A stretch of DNA of 40,000 nucleotides from assembly GCA_965227085.1 (NCBI GenBank), contig CBDDFO010000002.1, forward strand, positions 1,852,126 to 1,892,125, read 5' to 3'. Position numbers and translations under genes: made by a program. Position 1 is the first letter of the stretch. Each line of letters opens with the position of its first letter. Positions 36,849 to 40,000 of this stretch are shown here, in pieces. The DNA comes from Aliiglaciecola sp. (GTDB lineage: Bacteria > Pseudomonadota > Gammaproteobacteria > Enterobacterales > Alteromonadaceae). Below the pieces are notes generated by a model. That model was not told where the DNA came from. It saw nothing but the letters and a program-made list of their open reading frames with translations, and did not search any database.

Positions 36849-37226
36849 ATGCGTGAAATCGATTTGCCTGAACCCATAGCTGCGTTGGTTGAACAACTGC
36901 ACGTGGTGCAGTTTATCTGGCAGGGCATACCTCTGCAGCTCCCCAAGTTTTGCGTTTACAGCATTATTGATCATCCGGTTTTCGACAAGACGGTGTTTCG
37001 CAATGGACGCAGAATTGCTTTGGTTAAGCTTGGACGATACGAAATACCCGTGATTGATCCGTTTCGTGGTCATATCGAAAGTGAACCAGAGCATCTGGTC
37101 ATTATCAGTCACAGTAAAGGCAACCGCTTTGGATTGTATGGTTACCCAGCGGATCACGTAGCAGATGATCTTCATTTGCCCACCAATCATCGCTCGGTGC
37201 GCCGTATTGTGAAGGATTTTGTCTAA
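36849..37226 (+). CDS. hypothetical protein (weak CheW-like impression)
   Basis: 125-aa ORF with a good length-to-context fit, followed by a terminator. The family is not confidently recognised. Confidence 0.6.
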   Translation: MREIDLPEPIAALVEQLHVVQFIWQGIPLQLPKFCVYSIIDHPVFDKTVFRNGRRIALVKLGRYEIPVIDPFRGHIESEPEHLVIISHSKGNRFGLYGYPADHVADDLHLPTNHRSVRRIVKDFV

Positions 37227-37246
37227 GCCGTTTTTCGCAAGGATAG

Positions 37247-37276
37247 AAAAAACCCAGCATTAAGCTGGGTTTTTTC
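37247..37276. terminator. bidirectional Rho-independent terminator
   Basis: AAAAAACCCAGC-ATTAA-GCTGGGTTTTTT lies between convergent genes, with an A-run and a T-run on either side. Confidence 0.8.
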
Positions 37277-37301
37277 TTTTAACTCGTTTGGTTACTGGAG
37301 A

Positions 37302-37709
37302 TTAATCTTTCACCAAAACCGAAACTTTATCGATACCAGCCTCTTTGGCTTGGTTCATAACTTCTACCACGATACCATGTTTGGTTTTCGAGTGGGCTTG
37401 GATGGCAGCAGAATCTGTGTTGTTTTCTGCTAAGAAGCTTTGGATGTTTGCCACTACACGGCGGATATCCACTTCACGATTGTTCATTACGATAGTGCCG
37501 TCTTGGTCAATGCGGATCGCCAAAGACTTCACATTGGTTTTCGGTGGCGGCGTGTCGGTATCTTTAGGACGATTGGCCATCAGACCTTTCTCTTTCACAA
37601 AAGATGTGGTCACGATGAAGAATATCAACATGATAAAAACGATGTCCAACATGGGCGTCATGTCAATGGCTGCTTCGTCGTCAGCAGAGCCGTGTTTCTT
37701 TTTTCTCAT
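37302..37709 (-). CDS. exbD: ExbD/TolR-family biopolymer transport protein
   Basis: MTPMLDIVFIMLIFFIV TM helix plus a periplasmic domain. No adjacent exbB or tonB. Confidence 0.85.
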   Translation of the reverse strand: MRKKKHGSADDEAAIDMTPMLDIVFIMLIFFIVTTSFVKEKGLMANRPKDTDTPPPKTNVKSLAIRIDQDGTIVMNNREVDIRRVVANIQSFLAENNTDSAAIQAHSKTKHGIVVEVMNQAKEAGIDKVSVLVKD

Positions 37710-37835
37710 AGTCAGTAAAACCACAGTTAGTTGTCACGAATACCCTAGTATAGAATTAGTTTGGGGGTCGAGTAAACGAGTTATGAGTAATTCGTTAAAG
37801 ATTGTAAGGCAAAAACCAAGTAATTCGTCGCAAAT

Positions 37836-38267
37836 TTAGCCCTTCGACCTTTGTAATGCTTGGCCGAGCTGGTAGAAATATTGATACAGAGGCTGGGCCA
37901 AACTGGCTCGATGGCCGTCTGTAGGATAGATGCCCAACTTCGCTTCAACACTTTGCTTGGTGCCCTGCACTAGAAAAGCGTTTTTAATGCTATGGTCTTG
38001 AATCAAAGCCTCAAAGGCACGAGCTGCCAGTTCCTGTGGCTGCGCGTAGTAATAGAATTTCAAGCTCCGGTCTGCTTGGGCACTGCGCTGTAAATAGTCA
38101 CTGGGCGAATCACCTTGTTCAGACAAAAACAGTAATGCGAACCAATTCGACATCTGCTCATTTAATGGATGGTCAATAGTGGGGCAGTTGTCGAGCCAGG
38201 CTTGAGAGGCGAAATCATGTTGGCCCACCGTGTCAAACATACGGCTGCAAATGTAGTGATCAAAGGC
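37836..38267 (-). pseudogene. 5'-truncated paralogue of the HExxH protein at 38916-39716
   Basis: Aligns to about residues 126-266 of the full copy (AFDH, YYYAxPQExxARAFE, KGTKQSxEAKLGIYP). Homology stops at ~38267, inside the HExxH motif. Confidence 0.7.
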
Positions 38268-38915
38268 ACTCGGTTTATAAAGACTATTTTTTGTATGTAA
38301 ACCCTACATACTTAAGTTAAGTGTATAATTATTATAAATATTTATGCTTAGCGTAGGATACAAAAATAAGGATAATAAATTCAATCTTATTGAACTTAAT
38401 TAACCAGTGACTTCTTATCGAAGGAGTGCCTCAGGCTTAAAAAGTTATTCTGAAAGGATTGACCAAGAAGGGGTCTCTTGGCATATCGGGCAAACACCTA
38501 ACTTACGTTCCCTTGATAGTTTGGTTTCTTGCTTGCACCAGAAAAGCGTTTTCAAGTGGCTGTTCTTGAACACCTCTTTACTAAGTGTAATGCTTCCACT
38601 TAAAACGCAGTTCGGGTTTAGTCTGCCATTACATTATGGTTGCACGAGGTGTCTTTAATGCGAGCATAAAATCAAAGAATAAGTTTTCCCTACCTTGCTC
38701 TTTAACTATATCTTCTCATTGTGTAAATGCTTTGGACTGGTCGAACACCACCTGAATCTCCCTAACAGAACTTCATCGCATGCTCTGTTTAGTTCACTTT
38801 AATTACCACGTTGAAAAGATATATCTCAGAGATTCGTTTCAAATTACGATATATCCTTCAAATTCTGTTTTTTATCGCAAAACATGAAAATATGAATATC
38901 CGAAAAATATGGAAT

Positions 38916-39716
38916 CTATGAGCTTTCAACTGCTTTACCAAGCATAGAAAAGTAATTGCTAAAGTGGTGGTTTATGTTGGCCCTCTCATCTCCCAAAGGA
39001 TAAATGCCCAGCTTTGCTTCAATAGACTGTTTTGTCCCTTTCACGAGAAACTGATTCTTTATTGGATTATCCTGCACGAAAGATTCGAATGCACGAGCAC
39101 TGACTTCTTGGGGGAGTGCATAGTAATAGTAACCTAGCGCCTTGTCCGCCTGCACACTTCTTTTAAAAACATCACTTGGCTCAACACTTTCCGGCTTGAG
39201 GAAAATGTTTTGATAACATGATTCGAGGAGGTTGTTTAGCGGATGTTCAACCACCACACCACTCTGAAGCCACAATGATGATGCGAAATCATTCATATCA
39301 CCTCTCTTAAGGAAATGTTTTGTTATGAAGTGGTCGAAAGCATGAAAATATTCGTGTGCGAGGGAGCCTGGGCCTGCGTTTTTAGCCAAGGAAATGGTTC
39401 TTGTCGCGGAGTTGTAATGAGCTGAACAATACTTATTACCGCCACTACCAAACGCAATGGATAATGTTCCACGAAGGGAAATCACCTGTTCGTTGACCTG
39501 GAGTATTGTCATCAAATCACAAAGAGCATCAAAGACGAGATTGGCGGCAGCCTGCTGTTCTCGTTGGTTAACCCAAGCGCCGACTTTAGCGGTACGGAAT
39601 CCAAATATTTTTACAATATCACCAAAGCTAACGTCCCAGCCATCACGATGGCTGGGCCCATTTCGATAAAACTGCTTTCTTAAACCATTCTTTTTCGTAA
39701 TTTTTCTCCGAGGCAA
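38916..39716 (-). CDS. zincin-like HExxH protein (possibly CLCA_X/LPD-type family, uncertain)
   Basis: 266 aa with the SLAHEYFHAFDH motif. Conserved C-terminal blocks are shared with the truncated copy. Confidence 0.75.
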   Translation of the reverse strand: MPRRKITKKNGLRKQFYRNGPSHRDGWDVSFGDIVKIFGFRTAKVGAWVNQREQQAAANLVFDALCDLMTILQVNEQVISLRGTLSIAFGSGGNKYCSAHYNSATRTISLAKNAGPGSLAHEYFHAFDHFITKHFLKRGDMNDFASSLWLQSGVVVEHPLNNLLESCYQNIFLKPESVEPSDVFKRSVQADKALGYYYYALPQEVSARAFESFVQDNPIKNQFLVKGTKQSIEAKLGIYPLGDERANINHHFSNYFSMLGKAVESS

Positions 39717-39794
39717 TTAGTTGGCTTTAAATACTTTGTTTTTGAACCATTTCTTTATGTTATTTTCCATAATGATATCTTTGCAAATGTACAC

Positions 39795-40000
39795 TTAGCC
39801 ACGTGATTTTGCAGCCAAGTGATGTACTTTATGTTTTGTGGTCCATTCAGCCCAAGAATAGCAGGCAGCGGCACTTTTAAAATACTTATTAAAAGTTACA
39901 TTGTTTGTTAATTCATCAAAGTGTGCATTGCATTCATCTACCCAACCGCTTTTTCCAGCAACGGAATATACTCTTGATTCAATGGTAAACCATTCAATGA
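39795..40000 (-). CDS. partial ORF (3' end only), hypothetical
   Basis: An open minus-strand frame runs from the window edge to a TAA at 39795-39797 (...WVDECNAHFDELTNNVTFNKYF...HHLAAKSRG). It is absent from the ORF track because it is truncated by the window. Confidence 0.4.
   Translation of the reverse strand, partial: IEWFTIESRVYSVAGKSGWVDECNAHFDELTNNVTFNKYFKSAAACYSWAEWTTKHKVHHLAAKSRG

Noticed and set aside
38407-38658. 83-aa ORF in the spacer between the HExxH paralogues
   Set aside because: GTG start, Ser/Leu-rich non-protein-like composition, and no Shine-Dalgarno. I also considered an ncRNA here but recognised no known motif.

Overview
This looks like a marine gammaproteobacterial chromosome segment; Alteromonadales/Vibrionales-like gene content is only a guess.

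**Layout**
- **1-16.0 kb, core genes:** distal Na+-NQR operon (nqrD-E-F, apbE, nqrM), a cold-shock/DUF1294 gene, dinB with a canonical LexA box, an MFS transporter, DUF1653 and DUF4112 genes, a ~990-aa TonB-dependent receptor, a LytS/LytTR two-component pair, an NhaC antiporter, an MBL hydrolase and a GNAT.
- **16.25-28.9 kb, accessory core:** a chromosomal integron with an intact intI on the minus strand, an unusual ~450-bp intI-proximal region, and about 21 co-oriented cassettes each ending in an attC site. One attC is split by a 1280-bp IS3-family element.
- **29-37.7 kb, core genes again:** a PilJ/NarX-type sensor-domain protein, an amidohydrolase, a PLP dehydratase, a DUF885 lipoprotein, a bacterial PH-domain protein, an NAD(P)-binding protein, yfiC, a small unknown gene and an orphan exbD.
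- **37.8-40 kb, second accessory-looking patch:** a full-length HExxH protein, a 5'-truncated diverged paralogue, and an ORF-free AT-rich spacer between them.

**Most interesting signals**
- Five same-orientation copies of a 9-2-9 palindrome lie between intI and the first cassette. They are unlike a LexA box, an attC or a CRISPR repeat.
- Cassette boundaries can be verified internally. For cassettes 2-20 (19 of 19), the first 6 nt are the exact reverse complement of that cassette's own attC R'' box.
- This test fails at both ends of the array.

Most cassette products are small proteins I cannot assign to a family, and about half are membrane proteins. No rRNA, tRNA or CRISPR was seen.
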